Virus record (IMG/VR): IMGVR_UViG_3300031463_000426
Coordinates: 1 to 44,971 of that record
Source: a virus
Lineage: Duplodnaviria > Caudoviricetes
Reading direction: 5' to 3' (one strand)
DNA: 44,971 nucleotides
A program made the translations under genes and the position numbers. Of this stretch, positions 1 through 8,431 are shown in pieces (positions within the stretch are counted from its first letter, which is position 1; each line of letters opens with the position of its first letter). The notes under the pieces were generated by a model. That model did not search any database. It was not told where the DNA came from and saw nothing but the letters and a program-made list of their open reading frames with translations.

Positions 1-18
1 TGCTTCTGGTCAGCAACA

Positions 19-43
19 CTCAGGATGTCAATTACATCCTGAG
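19..43. repeat. Perfect 10-bp inverted repeat (CTCAGGATGT-caatt-ACATCCTGAG), possible operator or hairpin upstream of the first early gene
   Basis: Read directly from the sequence. Confidence 0.6.
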
Positions 44-106
44 ATATCACCTCGGAAGGACCTCACGAACATGTTCCCCCTTTTTGTTCTGAGGAGAAAG
101 AGACGA

Positions 107-1135
107 ATGAGCACAAGAAAAGAGCCGCTTGAAAAGGTTCTTAGGTCCGGCGTCCCGGCGCTCCTCTGGGGACCGCCGGGCGTCGGCAAGACGGCTCACG
201 TCTATGCGCTGGGTCGTCAGCACAAGATGAAGGTGGTCGGGCTCGTGGCTTCGTTATACGAACCGGCCGACTTCGCCGGTTACCCGGTGCCGGCGAAGGA
301 CAAGATGAAGTTCCTGCCGCCCTCATGGGTCGCTGAGCTCAGCGAGGGCGGCATTTTGTTTCTCGATGAGATTAACACGGCGCCACCCGCCGTTCAGGCC
401 GCCCTCCTCCGTGTCGTCCTCGAGCGACAGGTCGGAGACGTCAAGTTGCCCGATACGGTGCGCATCATCGCCGCGGCTAATCCACCCGAATTGGCCGCCG
501 GTGGGTGGGAGCTGTCTCCCCCACTCGCCAACCGGTTCGTTCATCTTCAGTTCAAGCCCTCGCCTGCTCAGTGGGTGTCCGAGTTCCCGGGCTACTGGAG
601 CAACCCTCCAGCCGTGCCGGGCCTCGAAGAGGCCCAGTGGCAGCGCCAGCGGTCCCTGGTGGCGGCGTTTATCCATCGGCGGCCGGAACTGTTGCTCCAG
701 TTGCCGAATGAGGCCGGTCAAATGACCTTTCCAAGTCCAAGGACTTGGGATTATGTGTCGCGACTTCTCACCGTCTGCAGACAAGACGACGTCGAGGAGG
801 CCGTCCTAGGCGCCGTCGGGCCGGGAGCCGGGAGCGAGTTTCTGACGTGGTGGCAGGCTCTGGACCTGCCGTCACCACAGCAGTTACTGGATGGGTATCC
901 GTTGCCCGAACGCCCAGATGCCATGCTCGCCGCCTTGATGGCCCTTGCGGCGTTCGTGCAGGACTCGCCCACCCGGGAGTCCTGGACCAGGGCGGTCGAG
1001 ATAACCGCCGCTACCCCGCCCGACGTGGCAGTCGTGGTTATGAAGGGCCTGCTCAAGGCTCGGCAAAAAGAGTGGCCGATTCCAGCCGCCATAAACAGGC
1101 TCGCTCCAAGCCTCAAAGCGGCTGGAATAATGTAA
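107..1135 (+). CDS. MoxR-family AAA+ ATPase
   Basis: Walker A GPPGVGKT, Walker B LFLDEIN, sensor AAANP, Arg finger LANRF. ATG 107 follows GAGGAG (ORF track starts at 71). Confidence 0.9.
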   Translation: MSTRKEPLEKVLRSGVPALLWGPPGVGKTAHVYALGRQHKMKVVGLVASLYEPADFAGYPVPAKDKMKFLPPSWVAELSEGGILFLDEINTAPPAVQAALLRVVLERQVGDVKLPDTVRIIAAANPPELAAGGWELSPPLANRFVHLQFKPSPAQWVSEFPGYWSNPPAVPGLEEAQWQRQRSLVAAFIHRRPELLLQLPNEAGQMTFPSPRTWDYVSRLLTVCRQDDVEEAVLGAVGPGAGSEFLTWWQALDLPSPQQLLDGYPLPERPDAMLAALMALAAFVQDSPTRESWTRAVEITAATPPDVAVVVMKGLLKARQKEWPIPAAINRLAPSLKAAGIM

Positions 1136-1149
1136 GAGGGAGGTACACC

Positions 1150-1455
1150 GTGAAACAGAGAGACGCTTTAAGAAAGGTGGTCGCGCTGGTGCTCATGCGC
1201 TGGCACGGCCGCATGGAACCCGAGGTTGTGCGGGAGGCGAACAACCTCACCCAAGTGGTCTTCCATTCGTGGCCTCAGGTAATGTCTGAGCTTGAGGCCT
1301 TGGACCGCAGCCTCGATTGGCCGACCGTCTGGCGGAGCCTGTTGCAGTTGACGGCCGACCAACTGTATGAGTTCCTCGCCAGGGAGGACCTGACGGTCGA
1401 GGATATTACGGCCGCCGGAGCGGCCCGGGCCATCGAAAAGTTATGGGAGGAGTAG
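1150..1455 (+). CDS. Hypothetical helical protein (101 aa) between MoxR and vWA genes
   Basis: GTG start after GAGGGAGG; fills the gap exactly; 3' part of ORF 745..1455. Confidence 0.75.
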   Translation: MKQRDALRKVVALVLMRWHGRMEPEVVREANNLTQVVFHSWPQVMSELEALDRSLDWPTVWRSLLQLTADQLYEFLAREDLTVEDITAAGAARAIEKLWEE

Positions 1456-1457
1456 AA

Positions 1458-2549
1458 ATGGGTATTGAAGAGGCCCGGCTCTGGTTGATCGCCAAGCGGC
1501 CCTACCTGGCCTCCGGAATTTTCCGGCTCCACTACGTGGAGTCGAAAGAAGTCCCCACGCTGGGGGTATCCCAGCGCTGGGTCTGTTACTATAACCCTGA
1601 GTTTTGCTCCGGGCTGAAGGTTCAAGAGCTTGGAACGGCTATCTGCCACGAACTTTATCACCTACTGCGCCTGCACTATGAGCGCCGAGGCAGCCGCGAC
1701 CCGGACGTCTGGAACGTTGCCGGTGACCTCGAGATTAATGACGACCTCGAACTACAACTCCACCCCAGCGCCTTGACTCCTCAGCGGTTCGGCTTTCCCG
1801 AGGGCCGAACTGCCGAGGAATACTATGAGATGCTTAATCGACCGCAAGTTGACGTGCCGTTGAAACAGACGGCTGGCGGTAGCGGCTCCGACGGCGTTGC
1901 CCGGCCGTGGGAGCAGCACGAAGACGACGGCCTCTCTGAGTCGGCCACCGAAGTGGTTCGGCGGCAAATCGCTGAAGACGTCAGAAAGGCGGCGGGCAAC
2001 GTCCCCGACGACTTGAGGCGGTGGGCCGAGGAGCTGCTGAGGCCCACCGTCAAGTGGCACCAGCTGCTCCGGCAGCAACTCTACCACGCCGCCGGTTTGG
2101 AGCGGGGCCTGGTGGACTACAGCTACCGGCGCCGCAACCGGCGGCAAACAGGAGAGGTCGTTCTGCCCTCCTTCGTCCAACCCAGGCTGACCGCGGCCGT
2201 CATCCTCGACACCAGCGCCTCTGTGAGTTCAGATGAGCTGGGCCGCTTCTTGGCCGAGTGCAAAGCCCTCATTCCCTTGTGCTCTGAGGTAACGTGCTAC
2301 GCTTTCGACATGGAGTTGCAGTGGAAGGGCAAAGTCGGCGTCGCGGCCAAGATCGCTCGAAACCTCCGCGGTGGAGGTGGAACCCGGATGGACCGGGCGA
2401 TTGAACTGGCCGTCGAGGACGGTCATCGGTTGGTCGTGGTCTTCACCGACGGGCATACCCCGTGGCCCAGGACAAGACCACGGGCTCGGGTCGTCGTGGT
2501 GACCACAAACCGACCCGGTCCGCAGTGGGCCACCACCGTGAAAATATGA
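1458..2549 (+). CDS. DUF2201-type metallopeptidase-vWA protein (MoxR partner)
   Basis: HELYH zincin motif followed by WNVAGDLEIND; C-terminal vWA MIDAS DTSAS...GGGGT...FTDG; RBS GGAGGAG. Confidence 0.88.
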   Translation: MGIEEARLWLIAKRPYLASGIFRLHYVESKEVPTLGVSQRWVCYYNPEFCSGLKVQELGTAICHELYHLLRLHYERRGSRDPDVWNVAGDLEINDDLELQLHPSALTPQRFGFPEGRTAEEYYEMLNRPQVDVPLKQTAGGSGSDGVARPWEQHEDDGLSESATEVVRRQIAEDVRKAAGNVPDDLRRWAEELLRPTVKWHQLLRQQLYHAAGLERGLVDYSYRRRNRRQTGEVVLPSFVQPRLTAAVILDTSASVSSDELGRFLAECKALIPLCSEVTCYAFDMELQWKGKVGVAAKIARNLRGGGGTRMDRAIELAVEDGHRLVVVFTDGHTPWPRTRPRARVVVVTTNRPGPQWATTVKI

Positions 2550-2558
2550 GGGCAGGAC

Positions 2559-3266
2559 ATGAAGGAACTTCGTTGCCCGGGTGTCAGAATCGAGTTTGAC
2601 AACGAGGAAGTTGCCCAAGTGGTCAACGAATTGGTTTGGATCGGCCACTTGTGGAGTGCCCTTTGGTCGCCGGTTGTTCGCTTGGCCTTTGAGCAAACCG
2701 TCAAACGGCTAGGAGGCCAAGTCAGACTGCATCCCGAACCTGAAGAGACCTGGAGCACTGACCTACAACTAGCTGTTATCGATGGCTTTTTGGTCACCAA
2801 GCTCTCGAGTGAGGCGGAAATTGTCGTCGACATACAAATGCCTCACAAGATCATGGTTCTGTATGACCGATACTACGACCACAGAAGAGTTCAGGGCACC
2901 AGCCCCAGACACAGGAAATACGACACGATTTGGGACTTCACTACAAATTGGCAATGCGTTGACGACGTGACGACGGTCACGGCCATTGCCTTTGATTCGT
3001 TGACCACGTGGGCGGCTGGCAGGGACTTCCAGTTTGTGGAAGGTCCTTGGTGGGATACCGTTATAAACAGTATCATCTACCGATACGAGCGGCTCTTACT
3101 GATTCAGACGCCCCGCTCGGATGCGCCGGTGCGGTTTGTACTGGCGGACGTGGAGTTACCGACAAAAAAAGATGAAGATACTATACTGTTTCCCAAAGAC
3201 GTGGTTGCCGGTTGCTGGGCCAAACAGTTTACCCTAATGGCGGCCGCTCTGGCTATCAACATCTAG
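2559..3266 (+). CDS. Hypothetical protein
   Basis: 235-aa ORF with RBS (AGGA), tightly packed in the operon. Confidence 0.7.
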   Translation: MKELRCPGVRIEFDNEEVAQVVNELVWIGHLWSALWSPVVRLAFEQTVKRLGGQVRLHPEPEETWSTDLQLAVIDGFLVTKLSSEAEIVVDIQMPHKIMVLYDRYYDHRRVQGTSPRHRKYDTIWDFTTNWQCVDDVTTVTAIAFDSLTTWAAGRDFQFVEGPWWDTVINSIIYRYERLLLIQTPRSDAPVRFVLADVELPTKKDEDTILFPKDVVAGCWAKQFTLMAAALAINI

Positions 3267-3282
3267 AAAACAGGGAGGTATC

Positions 3283-3495
3283 ATGAAGGAATTTCGTTAC
3301 CAAATCAACTTCGAGCCACCGGTTTTCCTGTCGATGGGCCTGAACTTTACCAGCCTGCAGACACCCTTTGGCTTCCGGAGAGCCGACTGCATGGCCGCAC
3401 CAGCCTACCGACTCAGGCTTTGGCCGCGGTCCATATTGTTAAGCTGCTTGAGTCCCGTCGTCGGAAGTGAGCCGCAAAGTGAGGAGGCGTCATGA
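3283..3495 (+). CDS. Small hypothetical protein; N-terminus resembles the next gene
   Basis: RBS GGGAGG; ATGA overlap with 3492. Confidence 0.6.
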   Translation: MKEFRYQINFEPPVFLSMGLNFTSLQTPFGFRRADCMAAPAYRLRLWPRSILLSCLSPVVGSEPQSEEAS

Positions 3496-4511
3496 AAGTG
3501 TTCAAGCACAAGATCAACTTTAATGATCAAACGTCCTTGACGATGGACAGGGACTTTGATGACTTGAACGACGTTCGCACGTCGGCCGTAAAACTACTTG
3601 ACCACGAAGGATACTGCTCCACTCGTACGCGGAACGTTTGTGTTAAGGACCTTCCAATTCTTTACCACTGCATGAACAAGACAGCAGAGCAGTTGAAAAT
3701 ACAAACCGGTGTCAAAATTGCGGTTCATCGCGGCTATTACGACATAAACTCATTGTTCTACAGGTGTGTGTCTGAAATATGGCGACACGAAGGCACAACC
3801 GGCAATAACAAGTTTCTTATCCCATACAGCACGAAAAATGTAGAAGTGCTTATGGCGGTGGTCGACAGACTTGTATCCCTGCGGGAAGTCGTTGTCTATG
3901 ACGACTTTGAGGATACGGTTCGAGAGCTCGTTCCGGAGCCACAATTGGCAAAGTATCCACTTGACAGCGATTTGGACGCAGTTTCTCTCAGAGAGAAGGT
4001 GGCATTTCGCTGGGAAAACCTGGAGGTCTCTTCCCCGACTTCATGTGCTCGCCGAGCGCTCAAGGTGCTTGACGAAAGAATCCTGAAAGAAGACCCGACA
4101 GACGAATTTATCCACGTGCAACTGACGGATCGTGCGGAACCGGCGGTGGGCGTCTTTCCAATGAGAAACGACAGCAAGGAGTTTCCAATGAACTGCAGGT
4201 ACGCAAGAGACGTCAAAGTAATCTTTCACGACTATTTTCCTCATGATACTGCCAACAGAATCATGCGCTTTGTGAATGTGGTAATGGGCAAAATCATAGG
4301 TAAAACATATTCCAAAAAAGCGGCTATCAATGTCGGAATCTGTAGCGGCGAACTAAAGGTCGGGCCTCCGGACGCAATTTGGATTCCAGACAATAGACTG
4401 CATGGTTACACCAGTGTACCGACTCTGGCACTTGCGGCGGCACATCTTTCCCAGTTGATTGGTAAGATTCGTTCCCGCCGATCAGGAATTCGCATCGTAA
4501 GAATTGCCTGA
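3492..4511 (+). CDS. Hypothetical protein (low-GC)
   Basis: 339-aa ORF, RBS GAGGAGG. Confidence 0.75.
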   Translation: MKVFKHKINFNDQTSLTMDRDFDDLNDVRTSAVKLLDHEGYCSTRTRNVCVKDLPILYHCMNKTAEQLKIQTGVKIAVHRGYYDINSLFYRCVSEIWRHEGTTGNNKFLIPYSTKNVEVLMAVVDRLVSLREVVVYDDFEDTVRELVPEPQLAKYPLDSDLDAVSLREKVAFRWENLEVSSPTSCARRALKVLDERILKEDPTDEFIHVQLTDRAEPAVGVFPMRNDSKEFPMNCRYARDVKVIFHDYFPHDTANRIMRFVNVVMGKIIGKTYSKKAAINVGICSGELKVGPPDAIWIPDNRLHGYTSVPTLALAAAHLSQLIGKIRSRRSGIRIVRIA

Positions 4512-4542
4512 GTCTGTTCGGCAGGGAGAGATGAGAAGTAAA

Positions 4543-4562
4543 TCACGGAGGACTCACGGAGG
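4543..4562. repeat. Tandem direct repeat TCACGGAGG x2 (11-bp period), candidate regulator site
   Basis: Copies at 4543-4551 and 4554-4562 in the intergenic region upstream of a promoter. Confidence 0.45.
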
Positions 4563-4624
4563 TTAGACAAGTCAACGCTGGCTTTTGCATGCCGCCCCAA
4601 AAAACAAGACCAGGAATTTTTTGC

Positions 4625-4653
4625 TTGACAACCTTGGTTCAAAGGGCTAAGAT
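4625..4653 (+). promoter_or_regulatory. Sigma70-type promoter for the recombination/replication operon
   Basis: TTGACA-N17-TAAGAT with an upstream A/T tract. Confidence 0.8.
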
Positions 4654-4682
4654 ATGGACAAGAGAAAGGGGGATACGGTCAA

Positions 4683-5510
4683 ATGGACTCAATGACGATT
4701 GACTACACCTCATTGGCAGCGGCGAACAAGTGTCTCCGTCAGTATTACTGGCGCTTTGTTCGCCACCTGGTTCCCGACGAACCCGAAAGTACTGCAGTTG
4801 TGTTCGGCAAAAAGGTCCATGACATCCGCAGTCAGCTGGCTGGCGGAAACTTGGACTTTACCTCGCACATAAGCGAGTACGAACAGTTCTTTGCTTCGCA
4901 CGTCTCCATGAATGAGACGTTGCGGACGCCGCAGGCGCTCAAGGAAGTGATGACTCTCTACCTTGAGCGCTACCACCCCATTAAGGACATCCACACTGAG
5001 GTGGGGTTCGCCGTGGAACTGTCCGAGAGCGTGGTGTTCGTCGGACGGATTGACTATGTAACGGAAATCGACGGCAAATGGGCCGTCGTCGACCTCAAGA
5101 CCACCGGAAGTATCGCCTGGCTTCCCCACCCCAAATTGAACTGGCAACTCATTGGCTATGCCTACGCCCTGCACGCCTTGTCTGGCAAAATGCCGTCGTA
5201 TGTGAGCATCGACGGCATCGTCCTGACCAGGAAGCTGAATCCCGATTCCACCTTTCACCTCCGGGTCTCGAACGTGACGGCGCGGGACTTCGAGGAGTGG
5301 GAGCATTGGATCAACCACTGGGTCGGCATCATCTTGTTCTGTCTTGAGAGCAACTGGTGGCCGATGGCCGCCCTCAACGGTTGCAAGCAGTTCGGCGAGT
5401 GTCCCTACGCCCCCCTCTGCAAGGCACCGTCAAAAGAAATTGAGGAAAACCTTTTGCGAAACTACCGCGAAGAACGGTGGTTTCCCTATGAACAGGAGAC
5501 TGACGAATGA
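4683..5510 (+). CDS. Cas4-like/RecB-family PD-(D/E)XK exonuclease, probable 4Fe-4S
   Basis: N-terminal CLRQYYW, G..VH, EV.F, GRID, VVDLKT, QL.GY, C-terminal C-x5-C-x5-C. Confidence 0.85.
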   Translation: MDSMTIDYTSLAAANKCLRQYYWRFVRHLVPDEPESTAVVFGKKVHDIRSQLAGGNLDFTSHISEYEQFFASHVSMNETLRTPQALKEVMTLYLERYHPIKDIHTEVGFAVELSESVVFVGRIDYVTEIDGKWAVVDLKTTGSIAWLPHPKLNWQLIGYAYALHALSGKMPSYVSIDGIVLTRKLNPDSTFHLRVSNVTARDFEEWEHWINHWVGIILFCLESNWWPMAALNGCKQFGECPYAPLCKAPSKEIEENLLRNYREERWFPYEQETDE

Positions 5511-5740
5511 GTCGCATTGTGCTGACCAGCAACAACCGCCTAGCCGTCGACGGTCACTGTTTGTGCGGCCATACTCCGGCGACCGGCTCGGTCGTGGAGG
5601 TCTTTGAAGTCACGGTCGGCGACCTCCTAGGGCGGATCAACGGCGTCGTTCGTCCGGTCAGTCGTTCACCAGGTCGCAAAAAAGTCACCAAGCGCCTCAA
5701 CGAGGCCAGGCTCAAGGAGGAACAGAACGATGGCGAATAA
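5507..5740 (+). CDS. Small hypothetical protein
   Basis: ATGA overlap with the previous gene, RBS AGGAG. Confidence 0.65.
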   Translation: MSRIVLTSNNRLAVDGHCLCGHTPATGSVVEVFEVTVGDLLGRINGVVRPVSRSPGRKKVTKRLNEARLKEEQNDGE

Positions 5741-6515
5741 TCTCATGATTTTGGGAGACAGCAAGACCGGCAAGACCCAGTCGGTCTCGACTCTACCGGG
5801 GAATACCCTACTGGCTAACTTCGACCCCGCCGGGTTTCACAGTCTAACGGTCCCCTACATACTGATTGGGCCGAATGAGTTCAGTCAACTGGACAGTTGG
5901 CCCAGTGATGCTCCGGTCGTAGTCATCGACTACACCACCCTGGTGGGGCAGATTTCACTGACCCTCGACCGGGGAAACCGCAAGTCGAACTACGACATCT
6001 ACGTCAGTTTCATCAACGACATGAACGTCGCCATGGTCAGCGACTTCGTGGACAACCTCGTGGTCGATGGGCTGACTGGTCTGAGCGACGCCGTGCTGGG
6101 GGCGGTGCTGCAAATCAACAAGCGCTCCCGGCCTCAGTTCGAGGATTGGGGCCAGGCGATCGACAAGGTGGTGGAAATAGTCATGGCGCTGGCGGCCTCC
6201 AGTAAGAACTTCATCCTGTGTGCCCACCTCCAGACGGAACGCGATGAACTGACCGGCCGCCTCAAGGAACTTCCGCTGGTTTACGGCAAGCAGTTGCCCA
6301 ATAAGATCCTGGCCATCTTTGACACGGTATTTGTCACCCGGGTGACCAGCGGCATTTACCACTGGGTGACCAATCCCCAGCCGCTGCTGCAGACCATCGG
6401 CAGCCGCACCTTCAAGCAGTTGCCGCCGACCATCACCCAGGACTTTGAGTTGTTGTTTTCGAACCAGGCAAAACCGGCAATACCCGCCAGTGGGCGGAAA
6501 GAACTAAATCAGTGA
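5730..6515 (+). CDS. AAA_24-family phage NTPase (Sak4-like recombinase)
   Basis: Walker A GDSKTGKT, Walker B LVVDGLT, ILCAH, FD.V; lies between exonuclease and SSB-like gene. Confidence 0.8.
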   Translation: MANNLMILGDSKTGKTQSVSTLPGNTLLANFDPAGFHSLTVPYILIGPNEFSQLDSWPSDAPVVVIDYTTLVGQISLTLDRGNRKSNYDIYVSFINDMNVAMVSDFVDNLVVDGLTGLSDAVLGAVLQINKRSRPQFEDWGQAIDKVVEIVMALAASSKNFILCAHLQTERDELTGRLKELPLVYGKQLPNKILAIFDTVFVTRVTSGIYHWVTNPQPLLQTIGSRTFKQLPPTITQDFELLFSNQAKPAIPASGRKELNQ

Positions 6516-6530
6516 CGGGAGGTTTGAGCC

Positions 6531-6917
6531 ATGAGTATCATCACGTTGGATTTTGACCCGGTTGACGCTGGTCAACGGGAACCCTTGCCTGAGGGGACAT
6601 ACGAGGTAGTCGTAGGCGGCGTCAATCACAAGGTGTCCCAAGCGGGAAATCCCATGGTGGAGCTCCGCTTGGACGTGGTCAACGACCCCATTTTCTCCGG
6701 GCGGAGTGTGTTCGACAACATTGTCCTGGTACCCCAGGCGGCCTGGAAACTGGTTTCCTTCTTGCGGGCCCTGGGAATTAACCCCTCCAGGCAACTGGAC
6801 CCCGCTGACTGGATTGGAACTCCGCTGCAGGTGGACGTCATCATTGACACCTATGAGGTGGACGGCGAACGGCGCACTCGCAACAAGATTGCCAAATACC
6901 ATCGGTCCGGCTTCTGA
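6531..6917 (+). CDS. DUF669 family single-stranded DNA-binding protein
   Basis: PLPEGTYEV...SQAGNPM...GR.VFD...AWKL..F..ALG...N.I..Y pattern. Confidence 0.82.
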   Translation: MSIITLDFDPVDAGQREPLPEGTYEVVVGGVNHKVSQAGNPMVELRLDVVNDPIFSGRSVFDNIVLVPQAAWKLVSFLRALGINPSRQLDPADWIGTPLQVDVIIDTYEVDGERRTRNKIAKYHRSGF

Positions 6918-6931
6918 TCGGAGGTGAACAG

Positions 6932-8041
6932 ATGAAACTGCGGATCGAACGCCAGGCCTTGTTGAAAGGAGTTGGCCGGACTCTGGGAGTGGTGTATCGC
7001 CGAGGCCCTATGCCCGTTCTGAGCCATTTCCTTCTGGAGGCGGCTGAAGGCCAAGTCACCATTGCCGCTACCGACCTGGAGGTAAGTTTCCGGGGGGTCT
7101 ATCCGGCTCAAGTGGAAGAGACAGGTGCCTTGTGCCTACCGGCTCACTATTTCCACAACTTGGTCAAAAAGGTGAGTGGCGACTTCCTGGATCTGGCCGC
7201 CGGCGAAGACTCAAAACTGCAAATCCAGGTGGGTAAATACCACTACCAGGTTTTGGGCTTGCCCGCCGCCCACTTTCCCTCCATTCCGGAGATTGGTGGC
7301 CAGGCTATGGCGGAGGTAAAGTCCAGGCTGCTCCGGGAGATGATTGGCAAGATCATCTTTTCGGTGTGTACGGATGACTCACAACGCAATCTGTGCGGAG
7401 TCCTTTGGGAAAAGGTGGACGACTCACAACTCCGCCTGGTGTCCACCGATGGGCACCGTCTCACTCTCATTCAACGGGAGCTTCCGGTTGCGCTCGAAGA
7501 CAGGGTCCTTGTTCCCCGGAAAGGGATGGGAGAGATCTCTCGTCTGCTGGCCGGAGTGAACAAGGTGGGCTTGGGCCTGGGCAAGAAAAACCTGGTGTTG
7601 AAGACAGACCAGGAGTCTCTCTTCGTCCAGTTGCCGGACGAAAAGTTTCCGGATTATCGCCGTGTCATTCCGAAGAGCTTCGCTTTTCGCTTTCGGGTGA
7701 ATCGCCCGGCGCTTCATGACACCATCGGACGCCTTTCCCTGTTGTCCAGGGAACGGTCTCGTGGCGTCGTTTTCAATCTGGGCCATAACCAGCTGGAGGT
7801 CAACTTCCAGGATCCGGAAGTGGGCGAAGGGCGTGAACTCCTGCCACTGACGCTGGAGAAAGGCGATAACCGCCGGCTTCCCCTCCAGGTGGGCTTCAAC
7901 GCTCGGTATCTTCTGGAACCCTTGGCAGCCATGGAAGGTGAGGAGGTTCTTCTGGAGCTGAATGACCAAGATCGTCCTGTTCGTCTGACGGATGGAGACG
8001 ACCCCCACTATTTCGGGGTCATCATGCCTATGGCCTTGTGA
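6932..8041 (+). CDS. dnaN: DNA polymerase III beta subunit (sliding clamp)
   Basis: 369 aa; MPVLS, ATDLEV, VSTDGHRL, LVPRKG, FPDYRRVIP, GFNARYL, C-terminal VIMPM. Confidence 0.95.
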   Translation: MKLRIERQALLKGVGRTLGVVYRRGPMPVLSHFLLEAAEGQVTIAATDLEVSFRGVYPAQVEETGALCLPAHYFHNLVKKVSGDFLDLAAGEDSKLQIQVGKYHYQVLGLPAAHFPSIPEIGGQAMAEVKSRLLREMIGKIIFSVCTDDSQRNLCGVLWEKVDDSQLRLVSTDGHRLTLIQRELPVALEDRVLVPRKGMGEISRLLAGVNKVGLGLGKKNLVLKTDQESLFVQLPDEKFPDYRRVIPKSFAFRFRVNRPALHDTIGRLSLLSRERSRGVVFNLGHNQLEVNFQDPEVGEGRELLPLTLEKGDNRRLPLQVGFNARYLLEPLAAMEGEEVLLELNDQDRPVRLTDGDDPHYFGVIMPMAL

Positions 8042-8059
8042 GGCGAAAACCAACGGCAC

Positions 8060-8085
8060 GGGGGCGTCTTCCTGGCGACGCCCCC
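8060..8085 (+). terminator. GC-rich stem-loop after dnaN (terminator or processing hairpin)
   Basis: GGGGGCGTC-N8-GACGCCCCC, 9-bp perfect stem; no clear U tract. Confidence 0.45.
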
Positions 8086-8235
8086 AATTCACCTGAAATC
8101 AGAAGTGGATATGCGTACCGTTCGGCTGAAGTCTGTCAGCAAAAAGTTGAACCAAGTCAACGAGTTCGACCTCCAGTTGGCCGCCGATCTCCGGAGGCCC
8201 TGCAATCGGCGGGTGGTGAACGCAATCTGGTGGAA

Positions 8236-8409
8236 ATGTTCAACAAACAGTGGCGGTTGACGAACCTCAACCGAAATCGTCCCCGACCTCCGGCAAAACC
8301 CAGGAAACGCACCACAATCAGGTTTTCCTCTGAGATCCAGACTCTCTTGAGGGGAAAGACCGACGAGGAAATTCAGAGCTTGTTGGAACGGACCTTAAAG
8401 GCAAGGTGA
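8236..8409 (+). CDS. Small basic protein, possible ribbon-helix-helix DNA binder
   Basis: KRTTIRFSSEIQTLL strand-helix pattern; start uncertain (ORF open from 8038). Confidence 0.5.
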   Translation: MFNKQWRLTNLNRNRPRPPAKPRKRTTIRFSSEIQTLLRGKTDEEIQSLLERTLKAR

Positions 8410-8431
8410 AAACTTGAGGAGGTGTGCTCAC

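Noticed and set aside
1-93. Circular junction: the frame of the terminal tailspike would stay open into bases 1-93
   Set aside because: No terminal repeat is visible, other frames are also open here, and the joined product would be far too short for a beta-helix tailspike; the window is probably incomplete
4683-5510. CRISPR-Cas locus suggested by the Cas4-like gene
   Set aside because: No repeat-spacer array or other cas genes; the context is a recombination module
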